A DNA stretch of 63,927 nt, counting the filler, from Octopus bimaculoides (taxonomy: Eukaryota): the NCBI RefSeq assembly GCF_001194135.2. It is 9 parts of 9 records of this genome, joined end to end, with 100 filler letters (N's around TTAATTAATTAA, not from the genome) between each part and the next. Parts side by side here need not be neighbours in the genome. Positions count along the whole stretch, not along the records: positions 1 to 18,726 come from NC_068986.1; 8 more parts are not named here. The stretch is one strand, 5' to 3'. The notes under the pieces were generated by a model. That model saw only the letters and a list, made by a program, of their open reading frames with translations, ran no database searches and was not told the origin of the DNA. Made by a program: the position numbers and the translations under genes. Below are positions 1 through 14,000 of the stretch, one piece after another. Each line of letters opens with the position of its first letter. Within the stretch, counting starts at the first letter, position 1.

Positions 1-1782
1 ACATACATATATATGTATGTATATATACATACATATATATATATATATGTATATATATATATGTATATGTGTATGTATATATATATATATGTATATATGT
101 ATGTATAATTAACATAATATGGTAAAAATTCGATATTAATTAATATCAATTTAATACCAGGAAACTAGCACATTAAAAGAATCAGAAGGTTCAGGGAAAA
201 AATTTTCGAGATCCTAAAACGATTATAGTACTTGTGTATATAAAATTGACCAGTAACTGGTCTTTTTGTTTTTATACGTGTATATAGGTCCATATAATCA
301 AACATGTCACGTATTCTCTCACTAGTATGCTACAAGTACTGTCTCACGAGCCCTATTACCGCTTGACTGACTAGAATTAGCAGTCAAATTTCTGTCTTCA
401 AAGGGAAGGACATATTGCAATATGTATTCTAGAAATTCTCAAACGATATATAGGTTTTCTGAGAGAAAGTCTGTGATGCAAATGCTGAATTACGGATGAT
501 TTGTCGCTAAAGATCGGCCATGTTGACAATTTTTAAAAGATTATCTCATTATCTTCTGTGGTTGCCTCAACTTTTTTTCACCTCTCCTGAATTACTGAAA
601 TTTTCACTTCGTTCCACCTGAGCTTCTTATATAAAAAATCTTTCTCATTTTTGTCATTTATTTGGAGGTCAGTCAACAACTCTTCACCAATTTCCTCTAG
701 AAGTCTTGAAGCTCTTCAGGATGTCCTTTTCTTCTATTTATAATATTTTTGTCGACCTTTAGATATTTGATTTCAAGGACTTTTCCTCTATGTTTGCAGG
801 ACCTCAATCTGGAATGTAAGCAAACGATGATAGCTAAAGTATATTCGGTCGGTGTAGCAATGTTATCAGTCTGAAAGGAGCAACACGGAACATAAGGATA
901 TGCGACTTTCTAAGCTGATGAATTAATGAAAAACTTTATCGCACTAGTTTTGACAATAACAAGCAAAACGATAGGTATATCAATGGAGGTGTTCCGTACT
1001 AAGCGGTCAGTTGAACTGTGAGAATTTTTGAAGCAACAGAGTACGATGTTGTCACCTTCTCTTTAATCTGCGAGTTCCACATCTACAGAATAAATACAAA
1101 ATGCCAGCTAAAAGCACCGATTCCTACGGAGGACTCATAGTGAGAAAGTTATCTCCAGTGCTGTGTTATACGACATATGTTTTGGATAGTCTTATAAAAT
1201 ATCTGCAGACTATCCTGTAGGGTAAGGTAGGTGATCATTGGAACAGATCCAGACAACATACATGTTTTTAGATATATAATTATATCTACGATGCATGAAT
1301 ATTAGAGTTCTACAAACAAATGTTAAAGTGTATGCATCCATTCATATGCACGTATACAAATACACACACAACTTAATTTGTAAATGAAAGAATTTTGGAA
1401 ATAGGCTCTAAGTCTATTGCAATTTCTAATGAATCCATTTTTTACTATACAGCAATCTTTAGACGAAAATAGTTCTCGGCCAAAGAACACAGTGACGTGA
1501 TAATCGTGCTGCAAGAAATAAGAACCCTCACACACAGACACACACACACACTCACACACGTACACATATATATATACATACATACAAACATACCCACACA
1601 CACATATATTTGTGTATGTATGTGTATATATGTATGTATATACGTATATGTATATATATATATATATATATGCATATATTTGTGTGTGTGTGTGTGTGTG
1701 TGGTCAAATCGAACATTAAAAATAACAAGTAACCAAAGGACGTACATATGGAACTTATTAGTTTGGCAGAAAAAAGAGTGGC

Positions 1783-1820
1783 TTCCTTACGTTTCGAGCA
1801 TAGCTATCCGTCAGTGGAGA
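1783..1820 (-). ncRNA. Decayed minimal hammerhead ribozyme
   Basis: Minus strand reads tcca-CTGACGG-A-TAGC-tat-GCTC-GAAACGT-A. Palindromic ACGT stem III and GUA site; the A9 position and the first stem II pair are altered. Confidence 0.4.
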
Positions 1821-1845
1821 ACGGAAAGGCCCGAACGAGAACATA

Positions 1846-1883
<38 letters not shown>

Positions 1884-2105
1884 TTATTAATATTTCTAAG
1901 TCTCTCTAAAGGAGACTACGGCAGCGGTACTGGAAATTAATAGTTATCGCCAAGCCAACATGGCAGTCCCAAAATTAGGACGAAAGCTGCCGTGAATTAG
2001 CTCCAAGAAGCCATCGCCTCTAGCTAGCTATGTGACACACGAAATCTGTGTCCTTTATAACCTTCGAACAGGGGAGGTCAGCAGTGTCCCCCTGCTGGTT
2101 TGGCA

Positions 2106-2152
2106 TCTGCAGACTAGACTAGTTTCAGGGTGTTGCCCCTTGTCAATGCAGA
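2106..2152 (-). ncRNA. Decayed minimal hammerhead ribozyme
   Basis: Minus strand reads TCTGCA-TTGACAA-GGGG-caaca-CCCT-GAAA-CTAG-TC-tagtc-TGCAGA. Two core substitutions, palindromic ACTAGT stem III, GUC site, and a 5-nt duplication that displaces stem I. Confidence 0.5.
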
Positions 2153-3975
2153 GTAGCCAAGATATATATATATATAAGGTGAGCTAGCAGAATCGTTAGC
2201 ACACTGGACCAAATGCTTAGCGGCATCTCGTCCGTCTGTAAGTCTTTTGGCGTCGATAACATTATGCCAAATTTGAAGACAATATTAATATATAGATATA
2301 ATTTTGTAAGAAGTATTATCCTGTTCTTTTCATGTTATTCTTGTCGTGTATATTCATCGGAGCATTGAGTAAAACAAATATGGAAATATCGTATTTTGTA
2401 CTTTATAAAGTATAAATTGAATCATATCCAGAAGTCGTTTTCGTCTTCGCGCTGGTTAATTTCTTTGTTAAGATATACGAAACAACGATTGGTCTATTCC
2501 ATTTGTGATGAATCAGGAAATGCATGCGCTATTATATTGAAATATTTTGTATAGTCACAATAGTTAACGAATCTCATTCAACTATTGGGTGATAAATGAG
2601 CCTGCATGCTATACCCTATATTTGGAAAACCTCAATTTTTATTGAATGATCATTCAGAGAGCGATGGCAAAGTGAATTCTATTTTATAATTCTCAACAAA
2701 TTTCCACTGATTTCTTTTACTAGTAATGTGTATATTTGTCACTAAAATCTAGTTCTCACTCTCTAACGTAGAGTATTATATCCAGCTGTAATATTTTTTC
2801 CAAAGTGAGGTATGGTCTTAAATACTCTGAACATCAACGTAATTTCAGCTTTCACCAGTTAACATAGCATTGTTTGTGGTGAACAATAGATTCGTACTCT
2901 GATAACTTTTTGCCAAATTTTCTCTTATTTTTTTTTCTACGTTGTATAAAAGAACAGAAATTCGTAGAAGTGAGAAGTTAGCTATTAAATGAAACGAAAG
3001 CAAATATATATTTTCTCGCATCAGTTTTGAACTAGTTAATCACGCCCGTTTCTATTTTTAGTTTGTTTTATTGCAAATATAGTATGTATTCAACCCAACT
3101 CATCGTTGGAAATTACTTCGGAAATGTTTGTGCTCCTCGATTTCTAGCTCCATTAACCGGCAGGTACCTTTCTCTCTTTTCTGGATGTTGTCAACTAATA
3201 CTATTTGTTCTGACGGAAAACATTCACTAAGTTTACTTGTCATCTTAGATGTCCGTTCGTTAATCTTCGCTGGTTGAATGATGATTTCTGTCGCTGTAAA
3301 ATTCTCTCTTTTAATTTCATCAACATTAGTAATCTGCACGGATTGGCGCCCGCAAGAAACAAGATTTGCTGGAGTTAGTTAGACCACAACAAGAATTTTG
3401 TCTCGTTCAGTCTTTTTCTTTCTTTATTCGAATACTGATTTATGATGTTCTATTTCCAAGGCTAGATTTAGCAAAAGAAATGACAAAACAGCAATTCTCT
3501 TAACTATAGTTAAAATCTTGTTACAGATGACTTTTACTAATTCTCTGATTATGGAAGGTTGTTGTCATTCTCATACGTATTATTAATACGTATATGAATG
3601 AGATAGGCATTATTATAATTATCATTGTTCTACTTCTCAGTACCTTCGCTCTTGGTTGTTCTAGTAGATTGTGTGAGAGCAAACAGCTGCATGCTATCAG
3701 AGGTCACACAGGGTCTCTTTCCGCACATTATAAGCTTTGATTCTTGGTTATTGATTATCGTGGGGGACACACAACATCCAAGTATTAATCTAATTATTAT
3801 TATTATTATTATTATTAATGTATTCTCGCTTTAATAAAAACGGGTCATAATGCACTCATTATAACAAATCTCACTGCTTTTATGTAATGCAAAAATTATT
3901 GACAGTAGAAGGCTGTTTTCATAGATTTCTCTGTGTGTGTGTATGTGTGTGTGTGGGTGGGGGTGCGCGTGTGTG

Positions 3976-4018
<43 letters not shown>

Positions 4019-4334
4019 CAACTTACTTTTACACACATACACAACTATATCTGCAATTTTTAATGTAGATATTTTTTTGTAATTCGATATATGGATTTTC
4101 CGATTTTTCAAAGAGTGACTGTCGAAACCAGCTCTTATTGGCACTGGAATCCCTCATTTGATCTGGTGAATAGATAGTAAAATATGACATGCAATGCAAA
4201 CAGTAAAGTAAATCGTACATGCAACGTTTTTAACGACCAACTAGTGTGATAATTTCATTTTTTATTAAACAAATTTACGTAATAATATTTGGGAAATAAA
4301 AGTTTAATGACTATATACACACATACATACACAA

Positions 4335-4411
<77 letters not shown>

Positions 4412-4894
4412 NNNNNNNNNNNNNNNNNNNNNNNNNNNNNNNNNNNNNNNNNNNNNNNNNNNNNNNNNNNNNNNNNNNNNNNNNNNNNNNNNNNNNNNNN
4501 NNNNNNNNNNNNNNNNNNNNNNNNNNNNNNNNNNNNNNNNNNNNNNNNNNNNNNNNNNNNNNNNNNNNNNNNNNNNNNNNNNNNNNNNNNNNNNNNNNNN
4601 NNNNNNNNNNNNNNNNNNNNNNNNNNNNNNNNNNNNNNNNNNNNNNNNNNNNNNNNNNNNNNNNNNNNNNNNNNNNNNNNNNNNNNNNNNNNNNNNNNNN
4701 NNNNNNNNNNNNNNNNNNNNNNNNNNNNNNNNNNNNNNNNNNNNNNNNNNNNNNNNNNNNNNNNNNNNNNNNNNNNNNNNNNNNNNNNNNNNNNNNNNNN
4801 NNNNNNNNNNNNNNNNNNNNNNNNNNNNNNNNNNNNNNNNNNNNNNNNNNNNNNNNNNNNNNNNNNNNNNNNNNNNNNNNNNNNNNNNNNNNNN

Positions 4895-4938
<44 letters not shown>

Positions 4939-7084
4939 TCAGTAAATATATATACATATACATATATATATATATATACTTTTGTTATTTTTTTCACTCA
5001 TACTGGTTTCAGTCAATACTCAGCTATTATGCTGGGGCATAGCCGTCGCTAGTTTTAATTGATCATGATCATCCCAATATTCAGTTCAGTCTGGTACTTA
5101 TATTATTGATTGTCTTTATTGAACCGTAACTGTTCAGAACATAAAGAGGAGACAAATGCGAAAGTAACGACCGTTTATATACTGGTGTAAACATAAATAC
5201 ATAAGCATACGTGCACATGAACAAACACAGTTTTATTGAAACCTTAACACTTTAGATTTAATCAGGCATTTTCGTTCTTAAATTTAAGTTTTCGAGCATT
5301 TACTGTATAATATGTGTTCCAGAGATTAGGAATCAAGCAGAATTGGTAGAGGAGTAAATAAAATTCTTTTGACATCTCAGTTGATATCTGTAATTATACT
5401 GAGGTAAATATTGTATATAGTAAGAGTAGCTGATTTAATTTTAAGTTAGCAGTTGTGTCATATGCAGATAGCTGCACTCTTATCAATGCAGATTAGAGCG
5501 CATTTGTTGGGCACGTAATAAAATATGTAAAACATAGTCAGCTGATGCACTTTATTTGTAGAAGCAACTAGTAATCTTATAAAACGAATGTTTGCCTAAA
5601 CTTAGATCGTGGAAAGATTAATTAAACAATTTGATTGTAGCCTAAATTTATACAATGCTATTTTAATTTAGTTTAGATTTACTTCAAGCTTGCATTTACG
5701 TTGTAAATTACAAATCTCAAACTGATACCAAATATTGCCAATATTAAGAGCATGTTTGAATAAAAGGGACTAGTAAGATGATAAACAGGTTTAGTTAAAT
5801 GGGTTTAGTAAGAGTATATAATGCATGAGTAATATTAAACGTTACTTGCGATGTTAGTGCATTTTATTAGGGTTTTCTCTTTTCATATATCTTCCTTCAC
5901 TTTTTATACTTTCCTCCCTCATTCACTGGCTAATGGTAACCAATTCTCATTTGGAATCTTATCTTCCACCGCGAATTTTATGTCGATAAATGTGTAGTTC
6001 TATTATAAAGGAGTGCTTAAAGAAGACGGACGGACGAATTTTCCCCTCGTAATGTAATCAACAACTAATCATCGATTATCTAATCTTTCTTTCTTTTACC
6101 ATATTAGTGTCTGTCTTTTAAATCAAGGTATGCTTTTGTGTGTATCTATTCCCATCCACTTATTTATTTATAATTTTGTTTTCAGTTTATGTGGTTGTGA
6201 TTTGTATTCCGAGTACAAAAACATTTATGCGTGTATTCTTGAATAGTTCTACTCTATATTTAATACTGTTTGAACAATCGGAAGGAGTGAATCTGCTTTA
6301 AGGTGTAGAAATCACATTGTTATCCGAATGGCAGCAGACGATGAACGATTGCTTAAGTTAAATGCAGCTTGCGTTCATTGGTTGATGTCTCTGCTCGTTT
6401 CACTGTCCTATTTGTCTGAATTACACATAAGATAATGCATGTTTTATTGAAAATCTCTATTGTTCCTTAGTATATATGTATGAATATACATACATACATA
6501 CATACATACATACATGCATACATGTGTAGGTACGAGCTGAAGAGTCGATTTAGACATTCTTCAGTTGAGGACAATACATCTAACAAGCATTTGTCCAAAA
6601 CATATCATAGAATTATTACTTCTCACTGCGATATAACATTTTTACTAATATATAATGCTAAGGCGGCGAGCTAGCAGAATCCACAATCGGCCGAAATGCT
6701 TGGCGGCATTTCGTCTGTCTTAATGTTTTGAGTTCAAATTCCGCCGAGGTTGACTTTGTCTTTGATATTTTCAGGGTCAATACAATAAGCACCAGTTCAG
6801 CAATGGGGTTGTTCTAATCTTCTCAGGAGATGAGGAGGAAGAGGGGAAGCGGGGGAAGGGGACGATAAGGAGGAAGAGGAGGGGGAGGAGGAAAAGGAGA
6901 ATGAGGAGGAGAAAATACGTAGACAGATGTTTCAAAATTAGTAATTCCTCAGCCTTGATTATAAATTTAGATTCTTATTAATAAACATAGGTGCGTTTGG
7001 ATATATTTCTAAATGCCTAAACCATAATCTGGCCAAGCTTGAATTTTCAAGCAAAGAAACAGATATACAAAATATACAGATATA

Positions 7085-7332
7085 TTATTTACATTATTTA
7101 CATCATCTTGTTTATTGTTAGCACGTTTCGGCTGATGTACACTCCAGGCTTCTTCAGGTGTCTTGAGGAAATTTCGAACCTGGGTTGTCATTCCTAAGAT
7201 ATTTTACAATGCTGTTGTTGTTGTTGTTATTATTATCATTATTATTTTGTGGTTGTTCTGGCCACTGCTTGTAATCGAACTCGGCATCTTGGGGTTAGTA
7301 GCCCGCGTTCTCAACCACTACGCCATATGCCC
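7085..7332 (-). mobile_element. tRNA-headed SINE-like element with internal hammerhead, copy 1
   Basis: Head at 7332-7261 with A box TGGCGTAGTGG (7325-7315) and B box GTTCGATT (7280-7273). Downstream on the same strand: GACAC-CTGAAGA-A-GCCTG...CAGCC-GAAACGT (7163-7120). Confidence 0.65.
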
Positions 7333-7950
7333 ATGGGCAATTATGGAGTGAATTTTAGGGTTTATAAATCTAATATTTTTCTATCCTTCCTTAATACCGG
7401 TTCCCATATGCTGCTCATATCTGCACTCGGTCTGCTTCTTTTAGTTTTCGTATTTTCCAATGATATTCTCTGCCTATTAGTTTAACTTAATCCCACAGGG
7501 GAAGGTGGTCTTTGGTGCAAGAGGCACAAGGCCTGAAATTTTTAGAGAGGTGGGAATAGGCGATTTTTTCGACTGTGGTAATTGCCAGTTATTTATTTTT
7601 TCGACTCTGAAAGGATGAAAAGTAAAGTCGGTCTCGGTAGCATTTGAACATAAAGCTGCACTTGTTAATAAACACACCTATCACAGTATGTGCTGAGCTC
7701 TATTTTTATTCCATGATGTACGTACCTGTGTGTGTGCATACATACACACATACATACACACATACATACATACATACATGCATGCATACATACATACATA
7801 CATACATGCATACATATATACATACATACATACATACATACATGCATACATACATACATACCATATTCATTTGCAAACCAGGAACAAGAAATATCAACCA
7901 AGTATCTGATGCACAAAAGGGACGGAGACGCAAGAAAAGAAGTAAAATGT

Positions 7951-8300
7951 GATAACCGATGAAGACTTTGTGGAGTTAACACCGAAAATATCATCTACAT
8001 CATAAGCAGTTGTCAGAAAATGTCATCACGGTATTATCTACCGATGAGATATGATGTTGTCGCTAGGACACTCTAGAATGAGATCCGTCTGAAGGATAAC
8101 TTCGAGGCCAAAGAAATAAGAACTTACAGCATGGTAGATACCATAGCCACTCATAATATAAAGGAGCACTGGTGGGGTGTCCCAATGAAAACTTCCATAA
8201 AATGTAAACATAATAGATCTGACATAGTAATTTCGGGTAGAGAAGAGAAACTGTGCAGTTGTGGAAACCAGCTGCCCAGAGGATGTTAACATAAATTATT
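7951..8300 (+). mobile_element. R4/Dong-like non-LTR retrotransposon fragment (zinc knuckle plus restriction-like endonuclease), pseudogenised
   Basis: Translates to R*RLCGVNTENIIYIISSCQKMSSRYYLPMRYDVVARTL*...KEHWWGVPMKTSIKCKHNRSDIVISGREEKLC, then frameshifts to VVETSCPEDVNI. Followed by (ATT)n. Confidence 0.7.
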
Positions 8301-8322
8301 ATCATCATCATGATTATGATTA

Positions 8323-8361
<39 letters not shown>

Positions 8362-9126
8362 GCTTAATGTTTTAGAAACATTTCTGAGTTTCACGGCACC
8401 GATATTTTAAACAACAAAAGAACCGTTTCAATATCGACCACTCTTTCACCGCTCTCAACACAAGCAATTTCTTCCAATTTCAAGTGTGACAGACGAAGGA
8501 TGAGCACAGTGCCAGAAAATTTCTTGTCACAGGGCGTAGCGTGTTATATATTAAAAGGAAAGTAATTATAAGTAGATGTTCATGGATATTTTATCGTACT
8601 AGTATTCTAGAAGCAGAAATGATTTTTGACATCAGCATGCGACGTCAGACTCGCGTGAGTTGGGCTATATTCAGTTAAGATGAATCCAGTATTTAATTGG
8701 CTCTAATTTTACCGAATATTGAGTATATTTAAATTGGGTTTAGAAATGTCCATTTAAGTAGAGCAAAACACAGTCCCCCTCATCGATAATTCTTCTACTC
8801 CGTCTCCATAATGACATTTCTATTATTGCTTGCAGATTCTCAGGCAACGAACTGTTAATATATTCTAGCAGAATGAATGAAAATGTACATTATTATATAC
8901 TGAACTCGTTGTATGTCATAAGCTCAATCGGATGAGTATCCATGTACCTCTTTCTTACTGTAATAAGTGCAGTCAGAAATCGCTGATACGAGGAGGAAAT
9001 GAAATAATATAAGTCAACCGGGAATCAAACCAGACTTCCTTCAGTACAGTTTACCCTTACTGTATGTCTATGACACAATATTTTTATAGAGATAATTATT
9101 AAGACACAGTAGCATATTTAATACTA

Positions 9127-9195
9127 CAATGATAATGAATTAAGGATCATCCAATACAGCAATGATAATGAATTAAGGATCATCCAATACAGCAA
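9127..9195. repeat. 33-bp perfect tandem duplication
   Basis: CAATGATAATGAATTAAGGATCATCCAATACAG occurs twice in tandem. Confidence 0.9.
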
Positions 9196-12100
9196 CTGTT
9201 GTTAAGGAAGTGCGAATTGCAGTTATTGCAGTGGCTTTTATAAAGCTAGTGGGTTAAATTTATTCCCACTCAACTTCAAAGCTAAAGAGGAAGAATGCTA
9301 ACGCTTCAATAGACCGGAAAGTTACATTTTCCCCCCATCAACAACAGAGTTAAATTGTGTTCAAGACCTAGAGTAATTTAGATAAACTTTGTTATTTCCT
9401 CGCGATATAATAATGTGTCTTTGTAGTGGCTCCTGAAAATTTTAGCAATATTTTCTTGTATCTATTCCTTAGAAAACTTAGACATAGTGGAAAAAAGAAC
9501 AACAGTCACAACTCAATTCTATTGTCAAATAGTTCAGGTACTAGAATACATTTCATTTTCTAATTAGAAAATTCATGTCTGGCGGGACAGACCTAGATTA
9601 TATGTTTGGAAAGTTTTGATAGTCCTCCTGTGCCGTTGGTAGAACGATAATTAGGACAATTTTAGAACGGTGCAATCAAATAACTACCTGAAACAATTCG
9701 TAAAATCCCGTAATTTACAAGTTTATAAGGTGCTGCATACTTTTTGTTGATGATAAACATTGATAAATTTTACTCAGCGATATCTTATACTTAAAGAAAT
9801 CGACCCCAGGATTTATTCTTTATAAGCCTGTACTTATTCTGTTGGTCTCTTTTGCCGAACGCATCGTTTAAAATAATACTCTCGTATATTAGTCGTTAAG
9901 GCTGTGTGGTTAAAGATGTCGCTTTGCAAACACGTAGTTTCTGGTTCGGTTCCACCACGTGTCACATCGGAAAATGTCGTCTACTATAATCCGGGCTAAG
10001 AAATATTTTATGAGAGAGTTCCATAGAAAGAAACTGTGTTGAAGCACAGTGTTGTATATAATCGTATATATTTATGTCCTTGTAACCTATCAATACAACA
10101 AAAATGATTACGATATAATAATTACCAGATTTTAAAAAATAAGCACTGGGGTCAGTTTATTCGACTGCACTTTTTGAGGCATTGATCCAGCATGACCACA
10201 GTCCAATGACTGAAACAAAGTATATAGATAGAAGTTATTACATAAGATATATATTAAAGCGTAATCTTAAATGTATTAAAGTCGATAGTATTTAATTAAA
10301 TGGAATAAGAAATTTACAATAATTATGATTGACAACTAATTATAAAACATATAGTATTGTGGATACCATTATATCTTTACAAACATCGTCAGAAATAAGC
10401 TATAAAGTATCTATGAAGAGTTTCATGATTAAGCAGCTTAAGAGTCGTGTATAATAATGTCTAAACAATAAGAACTGTTCCTTGAAATTAAATATGAAAT
10501 TTAAGTTTCTTTAAATATCAATCTAGCTATGAAAACAAAATAATTAGAATAATTATCCAGTGAAAACAAAATGAAGGCATACTCATCAATAAGTTAATCA
10601 ATAAAGATAATTGTATCTAAAGGAGACAAGCTAAGACGTTTGACTAGTTACTGACTTCCGCCTAAGAATTTTGAAGTATTTTGAAGTCCGATTGTTCAAA
10701 CAATATTTGACAGAAGATAGTGAAGACTGCAAAAAACTGTATCATTTAGGGATTTATTGGAAAGTTAAACGATCCTGATTGAAAAAAATTGATTTACACG
10801 CATAAGAATTAGAATGAAAAGTAGGTAGCTTGTAAAATTACCTCTTATTCCTTGTTAAGGGTCTAACAAATAAAAATAATTCAAAGGTAAATATGAAATA
10901 GATTATTGATTTTCTTACACACACCAATTCGATTTCTGATAGCCTTATGTTCTTTTAAAATATGTCTGAAACTGCTTTGTTAAAGGAAAATTATTCTAGA
11001 GATGGGAGACTAAGTTGCATACATCTTAATTAAGATCTATCTGTCAAGATTGGCAAAATTTCAAAAAATTGAAATTTTTCTTGTAACATCTTTCTGTAAT
11101 TATAATATATTGTATTATAGTCATCGGTAAATCTTCCATTTCTATATCAGGTTTGAAATCGTGAAATATAAATTCAGGAAATACAACTTTCCAAATAACT
11201 TCTAGTATCACAACAAAATGGCTCCTCGTAATCTACCCTGCATAACTTCAGATGAAATTAGCTAGTGTTTGAAAAACCGAGATGTACTATACAAGGCAAA
11301 CAAACTCAGATGTATTATTCAAATAACATTATACCAACTCAGTATTTCACTTATCATATTGTTAGTATATACAAATTTATATATACTTCCTATATATAGT
11401 TTACATAGAAGTATTATCAAATAATCAAATAATGGCTAGAAATATCTGAAAATTCATTGTGTTAACTTAAAATTTAACCTAAAAGTTCCGTCTGTTCAGT
11501 TAAGCATGTTATAAAATCGGGTGACTTGATCATTTACGTAAGATTCCAAATTGTGAATCGAAATTACTTCTAATAAAAGTAAAAATTTGTATTCAAACGT
11601 AGGTTCTATAACTGTGGTAGTTCTGTAGTAATCTAACGGAACGAGAATTTTTAATTTCTGATCGGAACACTTTTAAAGAAAAATAAAGATGGTTTAGATT
11701 AACTACTGGCCTTTGATGCTCTTTAGAAATACAAATTACACATTTCCGATAGCAGTTCTGAGATTTTGCAAGAAATGTTGGTGATTTAAAAAAAAATTAA
11801 ATGATACCATCTGAACCTGATGAATTTTCTGGATTCAATTTTAAAAGGTAATCAAAATTTATATCTAAAGTAAAATTTATTTATAAAATTTGATCAGTAA
11901 AACGATCGTTAGCAAAATTAGTATTAATATCTTTTCCTTCAATCTAAAATAAAAATTTTAATAATTTATCAAAAACGGTTGCTCTATCTAAACTATCAAA
12001 AACTAATTATCATTAGAAATTACAAAAGGTATTTTTTTTTTTTTTTTACAAATTAACCTAGATTGAATATACTTCCATAAATGCTTATCTCATCTGATTC

Positions 12101-12735
12101 CGAATTTAAATTATGTGTTCGTAGTTAAGAATCAACCTGACATTTTAATATTCTGGGTACAGTAGGTGCATATAACAATTTCGATAGAGCAATAGATTTG
12201 CTTCATCAACAAAAGAAAACGTTAACCCTTTTACTGAGGAAATCAGATAGATCCAGTCAAAATTACATTACTCTTAACTACGGAAAACAGTTTTATATAT
12301 CAGTCCATCTTTTGCTGCGGAATGTCATGTTTGAAACTGTTTTCTGTGGAGACATGTCATGTTTATTGAGGCAATGTGACTTTCAGATAATATCAATTCA
12401 ATTTTTCTGATAATATTTAATTTCATTACTGGAATATCCATCAAATTTGATTTCGTAGTTAAAAGGTTAAAGTTTATTTCACCAACTATGAATGCTTTCG
12501 TTTATTCTTTTACTTTTTTTAGTCATTTGATTACAGCCAAGCTGGAGCATCGCTTTGAAGGGGATTATTAGAAAAAAAAATACCCCAGGACTTATTTTTT
12601 AAAGCCTAGTACTTATTGCATTGGTCTCTTTTGCTACACCGCTAAGTTACGGAGACGTAAATACACCAACACAGGTCAAGTGGTGACAGGGGACAACTAA
12701 AGTCACAGTAACACGCACACATAGATATATCGACA

Positions 12736-12790
<55 letters not shown>

Positions 12791-12807
12791 GCATACAAAT
12801 ACATGTC

Positions 12808-13672
12808 CTTCTAATTGTTATTTCTCTTACCCGCCTTTATCGTTTAACTGTCCGAATGTTTTATTGTACCCTATTGCATTTTTGTTCCATTTTTATATTT
12901 ATATATACATATTGCTGTATAGGTACACACTTGTGCTCACCTTATAGTAGGTATGTATCTAAATATCTAAATTTTGTACGACTCTTACTATCTTTTATTC
13001 CACCCCCTTTCTTCCCTTTTTCTTTTCTTGCTCACCCTGTCTCATATTTTTTGAGCCTCTCTTTAGCTCGCACTATTTCCCACTCGTTTATCTCCCTGTA
13101 CCTTTCTCTTTGTCTCTGATGTTTTCTAATCCTTCAACCCCGCTGTCCCCTATCCATCTCTCTTCCTTCCACGTGACCGGTGTCCAGCCAGCCATGATCT
13201 TTCTTTCTTGGCCTGACTGCCGACCGTCAACACTACTTGTGTCCATCTCCTATGTTCCTGCCTTTAGGCTTTCACTGCATACACGCCAGCTCAATTCCCA
13301 GTTGAAAGTCACCTGTTGTTATTTTCTTGTTGTCTGTATTCGTAATTGTGTACCATGATCTCCATTTTTCGTCTTTATATGTACTATGTTTTCCGTTTCT
13401 TTTAGTTTTTGTTGCCGTACACATTCGCTAACTTTCTTAGAAAGAGGTCTAATGCTCTTTGCTTAGACTTTGTGGAGGGCAATCAGATGGAACCGTCTCA
13501 AGTGTAACTGCCCGAAACGGTCGTGACTTCTTGGACTTGACTGAGGAAAGATTGCTACGAATGAACCGTCTTATTATTTGTTTGTTCTTCTAATTGTTGT
13601 TTCTCTTGCTCGTCTTGAATCGTCTATCTGTCCGAATGTTTTATTGTACTCTATTGCGTTTTTGTTCCATTT
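12808..13672 (+). mobile_element. Putative Penelope-like 3' terminal fragment bounded by approx. 85-bp direct repeats
   Basis: 12808-12893 and 13587-13672 are imperfect direct repeats (cttctaattgtt...tgtccgaatgttttattgtac...tttttgttccattt). A partial hammerhead, GGGCA...TGCCC-GAAACG-GTC, lies near 13476-13522. No coding sequence seen. Confidence 0.35.
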
Positions 13673-13782
13673 AAATACACACACACACACATATATNNNN
13701 NNNNNNNNNNNNNNNNNNNNNNNNNNNNNNNNNNNNNNNNNNNNNNNNNNNNNNNNNNNNNNNNNNNNNNNNNNNNNNNNNN

Positions 13783-13815
<33 letters not shown>

Positions 13816-13856
13816 GTAAGTATATATATATAATGCATATGATATATACATAAACA

Positions 13857-14000
13857 ACGGGCTTCTCTCAGTTTCCGTCTACGGAGCTCACTGACAAGGC
13901 TTTGGTATGACCGAGGCTATAGTAGAATGTTCCACACAGTGAGACTGAACCCGGAACCCTGTGATTGAGAAGCGAGCTTCTTACCACACAGCAACGCTCG
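13857..14000 (-). mobile_element. CORE-type tRNA SINE; other copies near 9895-10060 (+), 17793-17870 (+), 18581-18683 (-), 20840-20945 (+), 21580-21740 (-), 36725-36850 (-), 45760-45950 (-), 55275-55437 (+)
   Basis: Shared head gctgtgtggtaag...ggttcagtc and body gcaagtgtcttctactatagcctc...gtgagtggatttggtagacggaaactg. Confidence 0.75.

Noticed and set aside
500-1300. Coding-like purine-rich minus-strand stretch and faint RT-like words
   Set aside because: Stops in all frames and no motif I can assign with confidence.
7261-7332. Genuine tRNA gene
   Set aside because: Has A/B boxes and an anticodon-like hairpin but the acceptor stem does not pair; it is a repeated SINE head.
13515-13570. Type III hammerhead using CTGAGGA near 13540
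   Set aside because: No stem I hairpin, stem II or downstream GAAA.
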